A DNA stretch of 64,000 nt from Bacteroidota bacterium (GCA_016787485.1 JAEUUL010000025.1:496-64495), one strand, 5' to 3'. Positions 36,346-47,369 are shown, counted from the first letter of the stretch. Numbers and translations are program-made. Notes: generated by a model from the letters alone, not told the origin.

Positions 36346-38724
36346 AAAATGCATTTGACTTTTTCCATTCTGCTGGCATTGTATGGCCAGTTTTTACAGG
36401 CACAGTCCCTTACACAAGTTATCCGGGGTAAGGTGCTGGACAATGAAACCCGAATGACAATAGCCCTTGCGAAAATCCAGATTTTAACCCTTCAGGAAAA
36501 ACCTCAGGTACTTACCGATTCCCTGGGTGAGTTTGTTTTTACTTCGGTGCCGGTAGGCCGGCATATGATTCGAATTTCTGCAGATGGGTATGCCGAACAG
36601 GTGTTGTCGGATATCATTCTCAACTCTGCAAAACAGGTGGTGTTGCAGGTAGAACTTGCGGCATCTGTAATCCAATTGAATCAGGCAGAAGTGAAAGTGA
36701 AACGCAATGACCCGGCGGGTACACACAATGATCTTGCCCTGATAAGCGGCCGGAAATTTACCATAGACCAAACCAACAGATATGCAGGCAGTTTGGGTGA
36801 TCCAAGTCGCATGGCTGCCAATTTTGCCGGCGTGAGCAGCGTAGGCAGTCAGCGTAACGACATTATTATCCGGGGAAATTCCCCTATGGGACTGTTATGG
36901 AGATTGGAAGGTGCGGATATTCCAAACCCCAATCACTATGCAAGCCAGGGCGCTACGGGCGGGCCGGTTTCTATTCTCAACAACAACACACTGGCCAATT
37001 CCGATTTTCTTACCGGTGCATTTCCTGCGGAATATGGAAATGCCGGTAGTGGTGTTTTTGACCTGAAACTGCGAAGCGGCAACAACCGCAAACATGAGTT
37101 TCTGGGTCAGGTGGGATTCAATGGTTTTGAGGCTGGTGCGGAAGGACCATTGCGAAAAAAGAACGGAGGCAGTTATCTCGTGAATTACCGTTACAGTACA
37201 CTGGCCCTCATGAGTAAGCTGGGGTTTAAACTAACCTATGGCGGTGTGCCACTCTACCAGGATCTGACCTTTAAAATAAACCTGCCGAAAACCAAAACAG
37301 GAGAATGGGCGCTGATGGGGATTGGTGGGAAAAGTGCCATAGAGATACTGGACAAAAACCGGGATACTACAGACATGAGCTATGGCAACAGCTACAGGAA
37401 CAATATTTTGAATGGCAGCGATATGGGGGTTGTCATATTAAACAATGTGAAAAGATTGGGCAAAACAGGTTATTTGCGCAATACCATTTCCGTCTCATAC
37501 CAAAAACGGTTTACCCGGGTAGACAGTGTTCGTGATGACGGTGTGCTGCACGGCTGGAAATATGCGGAAGATGCAATCAATACCCGATTTCAATGGCACG
37601 GAATGGCCAATGTTAGGTTAAGTAACCGGCTGAGCATGCGCAGCGGAGCCATGATAAACCGGCTTGGAAGTCATCTCAGGGATAGTTTCAAAAACGGTGA
37701 AGTCGTCCGCGCACTCAGGGATTTTGAAGGGAATAGTATGCTTCTTCAGGTTTATCATCAGTGGAAATGGCAATTGGCCAACCGGTGGTTACTTACCCCG
37801 GGAGTGTATACACAATATTGGACTCAGAACGGGAAATGGGCCGCAGAACCCAGACTTGGCGCACGCTATACCCTGAGCCGCCGCAGCAGTCTGCAGGCAG
37901 GAGCAGGGATTCACCATACCCTTCAGCCACTTGAAATTATGTATACACGCATATGGGATACACTGCAGAACAAATACCGGGAACCCAATACAAAGCTGGG
38001 ATACAGCCGGGCCAAACATGCAGTTGTGGGATTCGAATGGTTGCCCTTTTCTGCCTTGAGAATAAAAACAGAATTCTACTATCAGTATCTGGACAAAGTA
38101 CCTGTAGATATCCGCACCAAAAACAACTTATCACTGTTGAACTGGGGAGCAGATTTCGGCGGTCTTCCTGCTGTGGATTCATTTGTGAATCAGGGCAAAG
38201 GACGCAATTATGGTGTGGAAATAACGATAGAAAAGTTCTTTTCAAAAGGATACTACTGGTTGCTTACCACCAGCCTGTTCGACAGCCGTTATGCCATGTC
38301 GGACGGTGTTTGGAAGAACACCGCATGGAATGGTCATTATGTAATCAATGCACTGGCGGGATACGACTGGAAGCCGGGAAAAAACAAGAACAATATTGTC
38401 AGTTTTAACCTAAAATTCACTTCAGCCGGCGGCAGAAGATATATACCTGTAGATGTTGCAGAGACAATGAAAAGCAGTACACAGGTGGTATATGATATGG
38501 CCCATGCTTTCGAAAAACAGTTTGCCGATTATTTTCGTGCAGATTTGCGCATAGGTTTTAAAAGAAATGGCAAAAGAATTACCCAGGAATGGGCAGTGGA
38601 TTTACAGAATGTAACCAACCGGATGAATCCGCTTACTATGGGTTGGGATTACAGGCAAAAAACCGTGCGCACAGAATACCAGCAGGGCTTTTTTCCAATG
38701 ATGCAATACAGGTTGTATTTCTGA
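36346..38724 (+). CDS. Outer-membrane beta-barrel protein, TonB-dependent-receptor-like (CarboxypepD_reg + plug-like N-terminus)
   Basis: Signal peptide, CarboxypepD_reg-like IRGKVLDNETRMTIALAKIQ..., plug-like IIIRGNSPMGLLWRLEGADI, a long barrel, and a C-terminal ...YRLYF. Confidence 0.7.
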   Translation, partial: KMHLTFSILLALYGQFLQAQSLTQVIRGKVLDNETRMTIALAKIQILTLQEKPQVLTDSLGEFVFTSVPVGRHMIRISADGYAEQVLSDIILNSAKQVVLQVELAASVIQLNQAEVKVKRNDPAGTHNDLALISGRKFTIDQTNRYAGSLGDPSRMAANFAGVSSVGSQRNDIIIRGNSPMGLLWRLEGADIPNPNHYASQGATGGPVSILNNNTLANSDFLTGAFPAEYGNAGSGVFDLKLRSGNNRKHEFLGQVGFNGFEAGAEGPLRKKNGGSYLVNYRYSTLALMSKLGFKLTYGGVPLYQDLTFKINLPKTKTGEWALMGIGGKSAIEILDKNRDTTDMSYGNSYRNNILNGSDMGVVILNNVKRLGKTGYLRNTISVSYQKRFTRVDSVRDDGVLHGWKYAEDAINTRFQWHGMANVRLSNRLSMRSGAMINRLGSHLRDSFKNGEVVRALRDFEGNSMLLQVYHQWKWQLANRWLLTPGVYTQYWTQNGKWAAEPRLGARYTLSRRSSLQAGAGIHHTLQPLEIMYTRIWDTLQNKYREPNTKLGYSRAKHAVVGFEWLPFSALRIKTEFYYQYLDKVPVDIRTKNNLSLLNWGADFGGLPAVDSFVNQGKGRNYGVEITIEKFFSKGYYWLLTTSLFDSRYAMSDGVWKNTAWNGHYVINALAGYDWKPGKNKNNIVSFNLKFTSAGGRRYIPVDVAETMKSSTQVVYDMAHAFEKQFADYFRADLRIGFKRNGKRITQEWAVDLQNVTNRMNPLTMGWDYRQKTVRTEYQQGFFPMMQYRLYF

Positions 38725-38771
38725 AAATAGTGTGATGTACGATGCAAAAATTCAAATGCAGGGAATACAGC

Positions 38772-39905
38772 ATGAAACGGAAAAAATTGTGTTTGTTTGC
38801 CTTTTGTTGTGCGCTGTTGGTTCAACTAACAGCCCAACATAAAAATATAACGATGGATAAAAGAGCAAAGGCACTGCAAAGGATTCTGGATGCCGGAACC
38901 GATGATAAAAATCTGTTTGGAAGCAGTTTTGCCCTTTCCTCAGACTCCTTTTATTGGGAAGGGTCGGCAGGTGATTTGGGTACAGATTCCCTCTATTTTA
39001 TTGCCAGTACAACGAAGTTATTTACTTCTGCATTGATCTTTCAGCTCCGGTCTGAAGGGAAACTGAAACTGGATGACAAAATCATCACGTATCTGGATTC
39101 TGATGTCGTGCAGGGCTTGCATGTGTATAAGGGGCATGATTATTCGGGAGAATTGCGCATTGAGCATTTGTTGTCTCACACCAGCGGACTCGCAGATTAT
39201 TTTCAGGATAAACAGGGGAAAAAGGAAAGCTTACAGGATCGCCTGCTGAGAGGAGAAGACCAGAGTTGGACATTTTCAGAGGCCCTGAATCTCGGAAAAT
39301 CGATATCACCCCTGTTTGCTCCCGGGCAAAAAGGGAAAGCCCATTATTCCGATCTCAATTATCAATTGTTGGGAAAGATTATAGAGCATATTACCGGGGT
39401 TTCATTTGCTGCAAATTGTGATCAGAAAATCATTCAGCCATTGGGACTTGTTCACACGTATCTGTACACAGACAGTCTGGACAAACGACCGCATCATTTG
39501 TATTACGGCAATAAACATTTGGTTATTCCCAAAGCCATGACATCATTTGGTGCAGATGGCGGAATGGTATCCACTTCTGCAGAATTGCTGATTTTCACCA
39601 AGGCATTTTTTAACGGAGTATTGTTTCCAAAACAATATATAGATGAAATCAGTATTTGGAGGCCCATTTTCTCTCCTCTGGAATCGGGTGCAGGCATTCA
39701 CAGGTTCAAACTTCCATGGATTTTTAACCCCACGGGAGCAGTGCCGGTGTATATAGGGCACTCCGGACTTTCTGGTGCACTGGCCTTTTATTGTCCGGAA
39801 AAAAAACTGTTTATAGCCGGCACTGTAAACCAGGTTGCCAAGCCGCAGTTGTCATTTAAAACCATGATAAAGTTAACCCTGGCGGCTACCAGGAAATATG
39901 AATGA
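38772..39905 (+). CDS. Serine hydrolase of the beta-lactamase/PBP fold (class C-like)
   Basis: S-x-x-K motif in FIASTTKLF, a Y-x-N-like YSDLNYQ, and an HSG-like HSGLSG. Confidence 0.75.
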   Translation: MKRKKLCLFAFCCALLVQLTAQHKNITMDKRAKALQRILDAGTDDKNLFGSSFALSSDSFYWEGSAGDLGTDSLYFIASTTKLFTSALIFQLRSEGKLKLDDKIITYLDSDVVQGLHVYKGHDYSGELRIEHLLSHTSGLADYFQDKQGKKESLQDRLLRGEDQSWTFSEALNLGKSISPLFAPGQKGKAHYSDLNYQLLGKIIEHITGVSFAANCDQKIIQPLGLVHTYLYTDSLDKRPHHLYYGNKHLVIPKAMTSFGADGGMVSTSAELLIFTKAFFNGVLFPKQYIDEISIWRPIFSPLESGAGIHRFKLPWIFNPTGAVPVYIGHSGLSGALAFYCPEKKLFIAGTVNQVAKPQLSFKTMIKLTLAATRKYE

Positions 39906-39918
39906 AATGCCTTGAAAA

Positions 39919-40584
39919 TTGCAAACCATGTACCTCATACTTACCTATATTCATATTCTGGCAGGAACCGCAGCACTGATAGCAGGAACCTTTGCACTGG
40001 TTTCAAAAAAAGGCAGCCGGGTGCACCGCACAGCAGGGAGGGTTTTTATCATACACATGTGGCTGGTTTGTGTTGCAGCGCTGGTTATGCACTTACCACA
40101 GGGGAAATTGTTTCTGCCCTCCATCGCTTTATTTACATTGTATATGGTTTATTCGGGGATGCGCAGCTTTACAGTATGGCATACCGGTGCGAAAACATCT
40201 GACATATATGCTGCAGGAACAGGGTTCTTTGCGGGCACAGGAATGGTCGTTGTTTCTCTGTTTCAGTTATTGAACGCAGAAAATTATTTCAATCTGGTAC
40301 CCATGGTATTCGGGCTGGGATTTGTGGGCATTTGTTACAGGGATTTGCGCAGAAAATTTGTCTTCAGGGACTATCATCAGGTACTTGCCCTGCACATGCA
40401 GCGCATGACAGGTTCGTTTATCGCTGCAGTTACTGCATTGCTGGTTGTAAATGCCAGCAGAATTCCGGTGTTGGGTGAAACCACGTGGGGACTCATGTTG
40501 TGTTGGTTTTTACCCAGTGCTCTGGGGTCTTTGTATTTAACCATGCGTTTGAGAAAAATGGCATTAACTTCGAAACGGGGATAG
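39919..40584 (+). CDS. Integral membrane protein of unknown function (5-6 TM helices)
   Basis: Hydrophobic 221 aa. It sits immediately upstream of the LytS/LytTR pair. Confidence 0.45.
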   Translation: MQTMYLILTYIHILAGTAALIAGTFALVSKKGSRVHRTAGRVFIIHMWLVCVAALVMHLPQGKLFLPSIALFTLYMVYSGMRSFTVWHTGAKTSDIYAAGTGFFAGTGMVVVSLFQLLNAENYFNLVPMVFGLGFVGICYRDLRRKFVFRDYHQVLALHMQRMTGSFIAAVTALLVVNASRIPVLGETTWGLMLCWFLPSALGSLYLTMRLRKMALTSKRG

Positions 40585-40591
40585 TAGCAGC

Positions 40592-41626
40592 ATGAAGTCA
40601 CTGTTTTTTAATCGCTTCCGTTTACTGGGTATTCCGCTGCTCAGCCTCATACTCACCGGACTTTTCCTGCTTGACAATCCATACGGAATGGAAAACGAAA
40701 ATGGAATCTGGTATTTTCTCAAATTGTATTTTTATCAGTTTCTCTATACGTTTACGATATGGGTGGGTTGTGAGCTGATTATTTTTCAACTGGAACGGCG
40801 TTTCCCCTGGCAACACAACTGGGGATTGCGTTTGGTGTTACAAATGTTATTGATTCTGGTTTATTCCGCCATTGCCAATATTGGTATTTGCCGCTTGATA
40901 AACCGGATCAATGGCGTTGAAATTATCAGCAATGCAGATGTGATTTCCGGTCTGATTGTATGCTGGATTACCACGGTTATTATGAATCTGCTGATTGCCG
41001 GCATTTATTTTTTCAGACAATGGAAAAATACATTACTGGAAACTGAAGTATTAAAAAAGGAGCAAATCCGCACCCAGTATGAGTTGCTGAAAAGTCAGGT
41101 AAATCCGCATTTCCTATTCAATGCGTTGAATACACTGGGTTCACTGATTGATGAAAATCCGGGAAAAGCGGGAGAATTTGTCACCCATATGGCCGATGTG
41201 TACAGGTATGTTCTGGCTGCGCGGGACAGCGATCTGGTTACAGTAGGGGAAGAAGTCAAAGCCATGGAGTCCTATGTATTTCTTCAAAAAATGCGTTTTG
41301 AGGAACACTTACAAGTACACATAGATATTCCGGAACATGTGCGTGTAAATAAAATTATTCCTATGAGTTTACAGTTGCTGATGGAAAATGCCATCAAGCA
41401 CAATGAGATAAGCCGCCAGAATCCGCTGCAAATCCGTGTGGAAGCTGTCGAAAAAGGAATCGTGGTAAGAAATGCAGTAAGGCGGAAATTGTCTGTACCC
41501 GGCACCGGTATGGGATTGCAGAATTTGCACCTGAGACATGAGGCTCAGGGAACAGGACTGCTGCCAGTGGTAACTGAGTCAGACGGAGAATTCACGGTGT
41601 TTGTTCCATTCATCGCTTCCATATGA
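40592..41626 (+). CDS. LytS/YehU-type sensor histidine kinase (membrane sensor + His_kinase/HATPase)
   Basis: LKSQVNPHFLFNALNTL signature of the LytS-type kinase family, with N-terminal TM helices. Confidence 0.8.
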   Translation: MKSLFFNRFRLLGIPLLSLILTGLFLLDNPYGMENENGIWYFLKLYFYQFLYTFTIWVGCELIIFQLERRFPWQHNWGLRLVLQMLLILVYSAIANIGICRLINRINGVEIISNADVISGLIVCWITTVIMNLLIAGIYFFRQWKNTLLETEVLKKEQIRTQYELLKSQVNPHFLFNALNTLGSLIDENPGKAGEFVTHMADVYRYVLAARDSDLVTVGEEVKAMESYVFLQKMRFEEHLQVHIDIPEHVRVNKIIPMSLQLLMENAIKHNEISRQNPLQIRVEAVEKGIVVRNAVRRKLSVPGTGMGLQNLHLRHEAQGTGLLPVVTESDGEFTVFVPFIASI

Positions 41627-42399
41627 AAGTAATCGTAATAGAAGACGAGCCCGCAGCCTCCAGACATCTGATACAGATGTTGAAGGATTTACGTCCTGAT
41701 ATTCAGGTATTGGCTCACTGGGACACCGTAGCAGAGTCTATAGAGAACATAAAAAATACCCCTCCGGCAGATTTGATTTTTACCGACATACAATTGGCAG
41801 ATGGATTGAGTTTTGAAATTTTTACTTCCGTAGAAATATCGTGCCCATTGGTGTTTACCACTGCTTTCGATGAGTATGCCATCAAGGCATTTAAACTGAA
41901 CAGCATAGATTATTTACTCAAACCGTATAAAAAGGAAGATGTGTTGCATGCGCTGGATAAATTTGAGAAAGCTTCGGTTGTGAAAAGTTCTGGAGAGGGA
42001 GAGGTACTGAAACAATTGCTAGGGAGTTTTCAAAAACTGCAGCAATTTAAATCACGTTTTTTGTTCAGACTCGGACCCCGGTTTATTCCTGTTGAAACCA
42101 GAGAAATTGCACGGTTTGAAGCTAAGAATAAAGCGGTGTATGCCGTGATTTTCTCTGGCCAGGAGTATATGTGTGATTTGAGTCTGGATGAATTGGAAAC
42201 GATGCTTGATCCCATGGATTATTTCCGCATTTCACGTCATCAGTTGGTACACAGGAATTCGATCAAAGACATTATCCGGTATTTTAACGGTACACTGAAA
42301 CTGGAAATGGAGCCAGCAGGAAAGGACGCTGCAACAGTAAGCCGGGAAAGGGTTTCCACATTCCGACAATGGATGGAGGGCGAAACCCCATCACGTTAA
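41623..42399 (+). CDS. LytTR-family response regulator
   Basis: Receiver domain (MKVIVIEDE...D...K) plus a C-terminal LytTR DNA-binding domain. Its start overlaps the kinase stop. Confidence 0.88.
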   Translation: MKVIVIEDEPAASRHLIQMLKDLRPDIQVLAHWDTVAESIENIKNTPPADLIFTDIQLADGLSFEIFTSVEISCPLVFTTAFDEYAIKAFKLNSIDYLLKPYKKEDVLHALDKFEKASVVKSSGEGEVLKQLLGSFQKLQQFKSRFLFRLGPRFIPVETREIARFEAKNKAVYAVIFSGQEYMCDLSLDELETMLDPMDYFRISRHQLVHRNSIKDIIRYFNGTLKLEMEPAGKDAATVSRERVSTFRQWMEGETPSR

Positions 42400-42428
42400 A
42401 TCTGTGAGAAGGAAATCCCAAAGCTCCG

Positions 42429-44369
42429 TTAATCCGATACAATCATTTTGCCCAGCATTTGCTTGGCTGTTGCGTTGGCCGGATTGATTCGCAGGGCTTC
42501 TTTCAGGTATTTACCGGCCAGTCCTGTTTTATTTTCTTTCAGATACAATTCTGCCAGATACAGGCAGGTGTTTTCATTGTCGGGATTTAATGCCAGTGCG
42601 GTAAGCAGGTTTTTCAATGCGGGTGCATTGTCACCGAGCAGGGAATAGGCCGCCCCCATGTTTACCCTTGCCAGCTCATATTTGGGTTGTGCTTCTGTCA
42701 ATGGCTGAAGAATTGTAAGAGCCTGCGCCGGTTTTTTGAGCCGGATAAGTGCATTGGCATATTCTACGGTAAAGTCGGCATTCAACGGCATTTTTTCCGA
42801 GGCGGCCTGGTACCAGGGTTGTGCTTTGGGTGTGTTGCCGGTTTGGTCCAGTGCCTTTGCAATGCGGTAACAGGTCCAGGCATCGGAGCTTTGTACTTCT
42901 GAACCGCTGCTCAATTGTACCACTTTCCCATATTCATGGTGCGCGTAGTAATAATGTATCAGCAATGGTATTTCTTTCACTGTATTCAGCATTTTACCGG
43001 CGTTGTGCATATAGGTTTCATCCGGTTTGAATTTTTCATACCATGTAACCAGGGCTTTGAAATGCATGGCATCTGAGGGATTGGGATTGTTTACTGCATA
43101 CAATGTACCCGTTGGTTTTACTGTTTGCGGAATGGCTGTTTTCAGTGGCTTGCGAATGTAATGGTCATGTACTGTTACATGCGGAATATCGCGGGTGTCG
43201 CTGGCTGGCATATGGCATTTCACACAGTTGTTTAGTGCGTTTGCCAGCTCCGCAGCAGGTGCGGTGCATTTTTTCAATGTGGATTTTCCTGTGTTGGAAT
43301 GGCACTGCACACAGGTGTTGTTAAATCCGGCCACATTGGTTTTGCGCACACTGATATGGGGATTATGGCAGCTGATACAGGTGAGGTTCAGTCCGGGATT
43401 ATACGTTTCTGTATTGCCTGTGTTTGATTTTTTAAAACAGGCACTCATCTGCAGTCGGTCTGCATGGCCTGCCATTACAAAATCTTCTTTTCCGGCTGTA
43501 GCGGGCATATAAATTTCAAACACAGAATCCAGGTGCATGCCCGGCCTGAAATCGGTAAACTGCTTGCCTGGTTTAAGCACATTATTGCCTTGCAGATGGC
43601 AGCGCTGGCATACATCCACCTGAAGCTTCCAAGGCAATTTTGCCGGATTTACAATGGTGCGGTCTGCTTCTTTTTTTACATCTACAATGTGCCCCATGCG
43701 TTTTTCGGCCACGTGCAATTCTCCCGGGCCGTGGCATCGTTCGCAATCTATACCAGCTGGCAGTCGTGTAAATAAATTGATGCTTCCTGCGGCAACAGAA
43801 GGCATGGCGTTATGGCAACTCATACACTCTAAATCTATTTTGCGGCCAAACCGGGTATTTACACTTTCAAAACCGGGTGGCAGGTCCCATTTGCCAGATT
43901 GGGTATAATAGGTGAGGGGAGCCTGAAAAAGGTATCCGTTGTCCATCCACATATGGCTGTTTGTATGGTGGCCGGAACCGATGATATGGGTAATGGTTTC
44001 CGTTCGCTTATATACGGTGTCACGCCCTTTCAATCGGAACTCCATGATTTTAAACGTTCCTTTTTCTTTCAGCGGTGCATAGTACATGTCGTTTTTGGGG
44101 TCATAAACAGGTTTGGCATGTTCAAAATCGGCTGCACTGCGCTGTTCGGATGCCGGACCGAAACTTCGGCCCATACCGGTTTCAATAAACGTGTTGTAGT
44201 GGTCCTGGTGGCAACTGCGGCAGGTTTCTATACCCACATAGTCGACAGTATCGTGTAAATTCAGAAAAAAGGGCTGTTCTTTCTGCTTCGCAGGTCCGCA
44301 CTGAGACATGCAAAGAATCAGGGCAATGAACAGTGAAATACAGATGCCCTGATTGCGGATTGACATAAC
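42429..44369 (-). CDS. Heptaheme c-type cytochrome fused to C-terminal TPR repeats; probable lipoprotein/secreted
   Basis: Seven CxxCH motifs: CRSCH, CMSCH, CERCH, CQRCH, CISCH, CVQCH, CVKCH. C-terminal TPR-like repeats (ALNPDNENTCLYLAELYLKENK...). Start taken at the internal Met MSIRNQGICISLFIALILCMSQC to avoid a 38-nt overlap. Confidence 0.75.
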   Translation of the reverse strand, partial: VMSIRNQGICISLFIALILCMSQCGPAKQKEQPFFLNLHDTVDYVGIETCRSCHQDHYNTFIETGMGRSFGPASEQRSAADFEHAKPVYDPKNDMYYAPLKEKGTFKIMEFRLKGRDTVYKRTETITHIIGSGHHTNSHMWMDNGYLFQAPLTYYTQSGKWDLPPGFESVNTRFGRKIDLECMSCHNAMPSVAAGSINLFTRLPAGIDCERCHGPGELHVAEKRMGHIVDVKKEADRTIVNPAKLPWKLQVDVCQRCHLQGNNVLKPGKQFTDFRPGMHLDSVFEIYMPATAGKEDFVMAGHADRLQMSACFKKSNTGNTETYNPGLNLTCISCHNPHISVRKTNVAGFNNTCVQCHSNTGKSTLKKCTAPAAELANALNNCVKCHMPASDTRDIPHVTVHDHYIRKPLKTAIPQTVKPTGTLYAVNNPNPSDAMHFKALVTWYEKFKPDETYMHNAGKMLNTVKEIPLLIHYYYAHHEYGKVVQLSSGSEVQSSDAWTCYRIAKALDQTGNTPKAQPWYQAASEKMPLNADFTVEYANALIRLKKPAQALTILQPLTEAQPKYELARVNMGAAYSLLGDNAPALKNLLTALALNPDNENTCLYLAELYLKENKTGLAGKYLKEALRINPANATAKQMLGKMIVSD

Positions 44370-44376
44370 CGGGTGT

Positions 44377-45141
44377 TTATTTCCGGTACCAGCCGGGAAG
44401 GGGCAATTCCGCATCGGCTTTAAATCGCAATATGTTACCCGGGGTTACTTCTCTTTTGGCATTCCAGCGGTAATCGGGAAGTGCTTTTTCTGCAGGTGTT
44501 ACAGGTATGGGCTCCAGACTCGACCAGAAAAGGGGAGTTGCAGCTTGCAATTCAGATTCTGACTTAAACGGAAACCACCATCCCGAGCATATGTGGTTGG
44601 GTTCGTAGAGATGCATCTCTTTGGGCACGGGGATAACCTGGTTGAATCGGCGGCTGTACAGAAAATAGGCAGCAAATTCTCCGCTGGCGTATCCGCTGTG
44701 GGGAAAACTGCTGTCTTCATGGAGAATAAAATGACCATGGGCAACCTGCAACAGCCATCCCTGCAAATACAGACTATCGTACAACTGCAATCCGCGGGGG
44801 CCAAAATCAGCTGTATCAATTATCATCAGATCGGATACGGTCATCACATTTTCCAGGTTTACCTGCGCCTGAAAAGGGGTTATCATACCGCGGTGCCAGG
44901 TTTTACCGCTATAGTTCCATTGTCTGTAGTCCTGAGGCAGTGGTTTAAAATCTGCAGTATGTATTTTAAAATAAAATTGCGATGAGTCGAAAACCCCGAA
45001 ATAATCTTCCTGACCAGGGGCTTTGAAAATATCTGCGGCATTTTCTGCATTCAGGGCACTGAAATCCAGGCCTGTTTCACCTGCTTGTCCCCGAAGCAGG
45101 CTGAAAGGCAACAGAAAGAGTAAAAACAGGTACCGGCTCAT
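44377..45141 (-). CDS. Secreted hypothetical protein (signal peptide MSRYLFLLFLLPFSLLRGQ)
   Basis: 254 aa with no recognisable motif. Confidence 0.45.
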   Translation of the reverse strand: MSRYLFLLFLLPFSLLRGQAGETGLDFSALNAENAADIFKAPGQEDYFGVFDSSQFYFKIHTADFKPLPQDYRQWNYSGKTWHRGMITPFQAQVNLENVMTVSDLMIIDTADFGPRGLQLYDSLYLQGWLLQVAHGHFILHEDSSFPHSGYASGEFAAYFLYSRRFNQVIPVPKEMHLYEPNHICSGWWFPFKSESELQAATPLFWSSLEPIPVTPAEKALPDYRWNAKREVTPGNILRFKADAELPLPGWYRK

Positions 45142-45142
45142 A

Positions 45143-45445
45143 TCAACTAAAGTGGGCCTGCCAGTCCATCATCCCACCCAGGAGGTTGCGCACTTTTGTG
45201 AAGCCCTGGCTGTTGAGAAATGCTTTGGCAGTGGCACTGCGGTTGCCACTGCGGCAATGAACAATGACTTCTGAATCTTTGAGATCAGTCAGGTCGTCTA
45301 CCATAGAAGGCAGTTCGGCCAGCGGAATGAGTCTGCCACCGATGTTGAAATCCTCATATTCGTAGGACTCACGTACATCTATGATGTTCAGTTTTTCTCC
45401 ATTGTCTATTCTCGTCTTGAGTTCCTGTACTGTTATATCTTCCAT
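45143..45445 (-). CDS. Single-domain rhodanese (sulfurtransferase)
   Basis: Active-site loop VHCRSGNRS, 100 aa. Confidence 0.8.
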   Translation of the reverse strand: MEDITVQELKTRIDNGEKLNIIDVRESYEYEDFNIGGRLIPLAELPSMVDDLTDLKDSEVIVHCRSGNRSATAKAFLNSQGFTKVRNLLGGMMDWQAHFS

Positions 45446-45446
45446 G

Positions 45447-47369
45447 TTAGTTTTTCATGATTTGATGGGTATACAACTTTCCGTTCTGCAATTGCAGTAC
45501 CAAAATGTACATGCCCGGAGCCAGATGTGAAATACCCATCCCGGAAGCTGAATTGCCAGCGGTAGAAACCAGTTTGCCTGTGGTGGCGTATAATGATGCC
45601 GATTGCACTGGAATGGGAGAATTCCAGTTTATCTGATTGTTCGCTGGGTTTGGGTATACTGTTATCTTACGTTTGAGGCTTTCACGGGTTGAGAAACTGT
45701 AATCTGCACCACCTCCGAACAAAGGACGAATCATGGGTACTCCTTTTACGTCCCATGCCGCTTTTTCCCATTGGCCCAGCAAATTGTAGAACAGATAGGG
45801 ATTTCCTACCTCCTGGTCATTGTACCTGAAATTGTTATCATAACCCACATTCAGGATATAGGGTTGTTCCTGCTGCCATCCCACATAATAGGTTCCTTTT
45901 GGAAGGTATAGGGCCGAGTCAAAAAAGATATAGCTGAAATCGTTGAAACTATCTTTGTATATCGGGTGATCCACCGGAAAACTATAAACCAACTGATCTT
46001 TATTGTCAGGACTGCCTAGCGGTGAGAGTGCTTTCCAGATTTTCAGGGTAAAGCTCCGGAAACTCACATCGCTTTCACTCCGGTTGAAATAGATGGAAAG
46101 CCCTTTCAGTGTGTCTGATTTCTGGAAATCAAACTGCATGGCAAACTGCCCTCTGATATTTCCCAGAAAAGCATAGTCAAGACCGAAACCACCTTCCGCA
46201 CTCCCATCATCGTAGGCATACCATGGGGTGAAGCATTCTTTGATCGAATAGCTGTTATTGTCGCCTGTTGCATTGTAAGCCGCGGGGGTATTGTCGTTGC
46301 TCAGCGGGTCGATTTTATAGGTAATGGAAAAGCAGGGGTTGCTTTTGCTCGCCGTATCCAACCGGAACATGGGAAACTCTTCACTGGTGTCCCTGTTGTT
46401 TGCCAGCACATTCTTTGCACTGGAGGTAAAAGGAACGGAAAGCACTTTGGTGTTGTAATCATTGTACTGGTCAAAACCAAAGCGGGTTTGTACCGCTGTG
46501 TTCTGATTCAGATTGCGCACATGCACAGTATGTGAGGTTTTCGCAAGTGCCAGCGGGTCAGACAGGAAATGGTGGTATGGCATGCTCTGAAATTTACGGA
46601 GCAGCCGGGTACTCACCCGGGTAATTCCGACATCCCTGATGGACTTGTCGTTCGCATTGCGGTTGCGGTCAAGCCGTATATAATCCAGGTGCCAGTGGTT
46701 AAGGTTACCGGTAAATTTGGTGTAGTTGACAAAGCGGAACTGGAATTTCTGATGCATGAAATCCGCCGATAATACAGGGACCATGGCCTGGCGAAAAGAA
46801 TCGGTTTTCCCTCCTTTAACGCCCCAAACCCGCACCCATTTCTGATTGCGGTCCAGGAAGAGAAGGATCAGGCTGTCTTCACTTTCGGGTAAATCCCCCA
46901 AACCCTGAGCCTGCCAGAAAAAGGACAGGTATACAGAGTCGGCTGCGGAATAGTTCTTGGTGCTGCTGGGTCCGGTTTTGTAAAATTCCAGATTGATTGG
47001 CTGACTGGTAAGACTGTCGGCATAGCCGGAAGTTGTCTTACTCAGCACATTCCATGGTTTTGACCGGGGGTTGAGGTGGTCAAACGTGGCTACATTGTAA
47101 TTGGGTTGCCCCAATGGGAAATTGTTGTTTATCCAGACCTGATTTTCAACCCATCGCAGTTGGTTTGGAAATCCGGCATTGTCTGTAAAGTCTTCGAAAA
47201 ATGGCAGAACCAGGCTGTCGGTTCTAAGGGCAGAAATGAGATGGGATGGGGTGTACGTGGGCACAGGGCGATGATTCAATGGGGTCAAAACAATTCCCTG
47301 CGCCATTGCGCTACCTGCAGTCAATAATAAAACCAGGACACATGTCCATGTGCCTTTCGAAAAAATCAT
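45447..47369 (-). CDS. Secreted protein of unknown function with a type-A T9SS C-terminal sorting domain
   Basis: Signal peptide MIFSKGTWTCVLVLLLTAGSAMAQ. C-terminus VYPNPANNQINW...LAPGMYILVLQLQNGKLYTHQIMKN. The ORF track start at 47399 is 10 codons upstream. Confidence 0.6.
   Translation of the reverse strand: MIFSKGTWTCVLVLLLTAGSAMAQGIVLTPLNHRPVPTYTPSHLISALRTDSLVLPFFEDFTDNAGFPNQLRWVENQVWINNNFPLGQPNYNVATFDHLNPRSKPWNVLSKTTSGYADSLTSQPINLEFYKTGPSSTKNYSAADSVYLSFFWQAQGLGDLPESEDSLILLFLDRNQKWVRVWGVKGGKTDSFRQAMVPVLSADFMHQKFQFRFVNYTKFTGNLNHWHLDYIRLDRNRNANDKSIRDVGITRVSTRLLRKFQSMPYHHFLSDPLALAKTSHTVHVRNLNQNTAVQTRFGFDQYNDYNTKVLSVPFTSSAKNVLANNRDTSEEFPMFRLDTASKSNPCFSITYKIDPLSNDNTPAAYNATGDNNSYSIKECFTPWYAYDDGSAEGGFGLDYAFLGNIRGQFAMQFDFQKSDTLKGLSIYFNRSESDVSFRSFTLKIWKALSPLGSPDNKDQLVYSFPVDHPIYKDSFNDFSYIFFDSALYLPKGTYYVGWQQEQPYILNVGYDNNFRYNDQEVGNPYLFYNLLGQWEKAAWDVKGVPMIRPLFGGGADYSFSTRESLKRKITVYPNPANNQINWNSPIPVQSASLYATTGKLVSTAGNSASGMGISHLAPGMYILVLQLQNGKLYTHQIMKN

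Noticed and set aside
44377-44414. 38-nt apparent overlap between the cytochrome gene and the secreted-protein gene
   Set aside because: Starting the cytochrome at the internal Met (MSIRNQ..., 44369) gives a proper signal peptide and a 7-nt gap, so no real overlap is needed.
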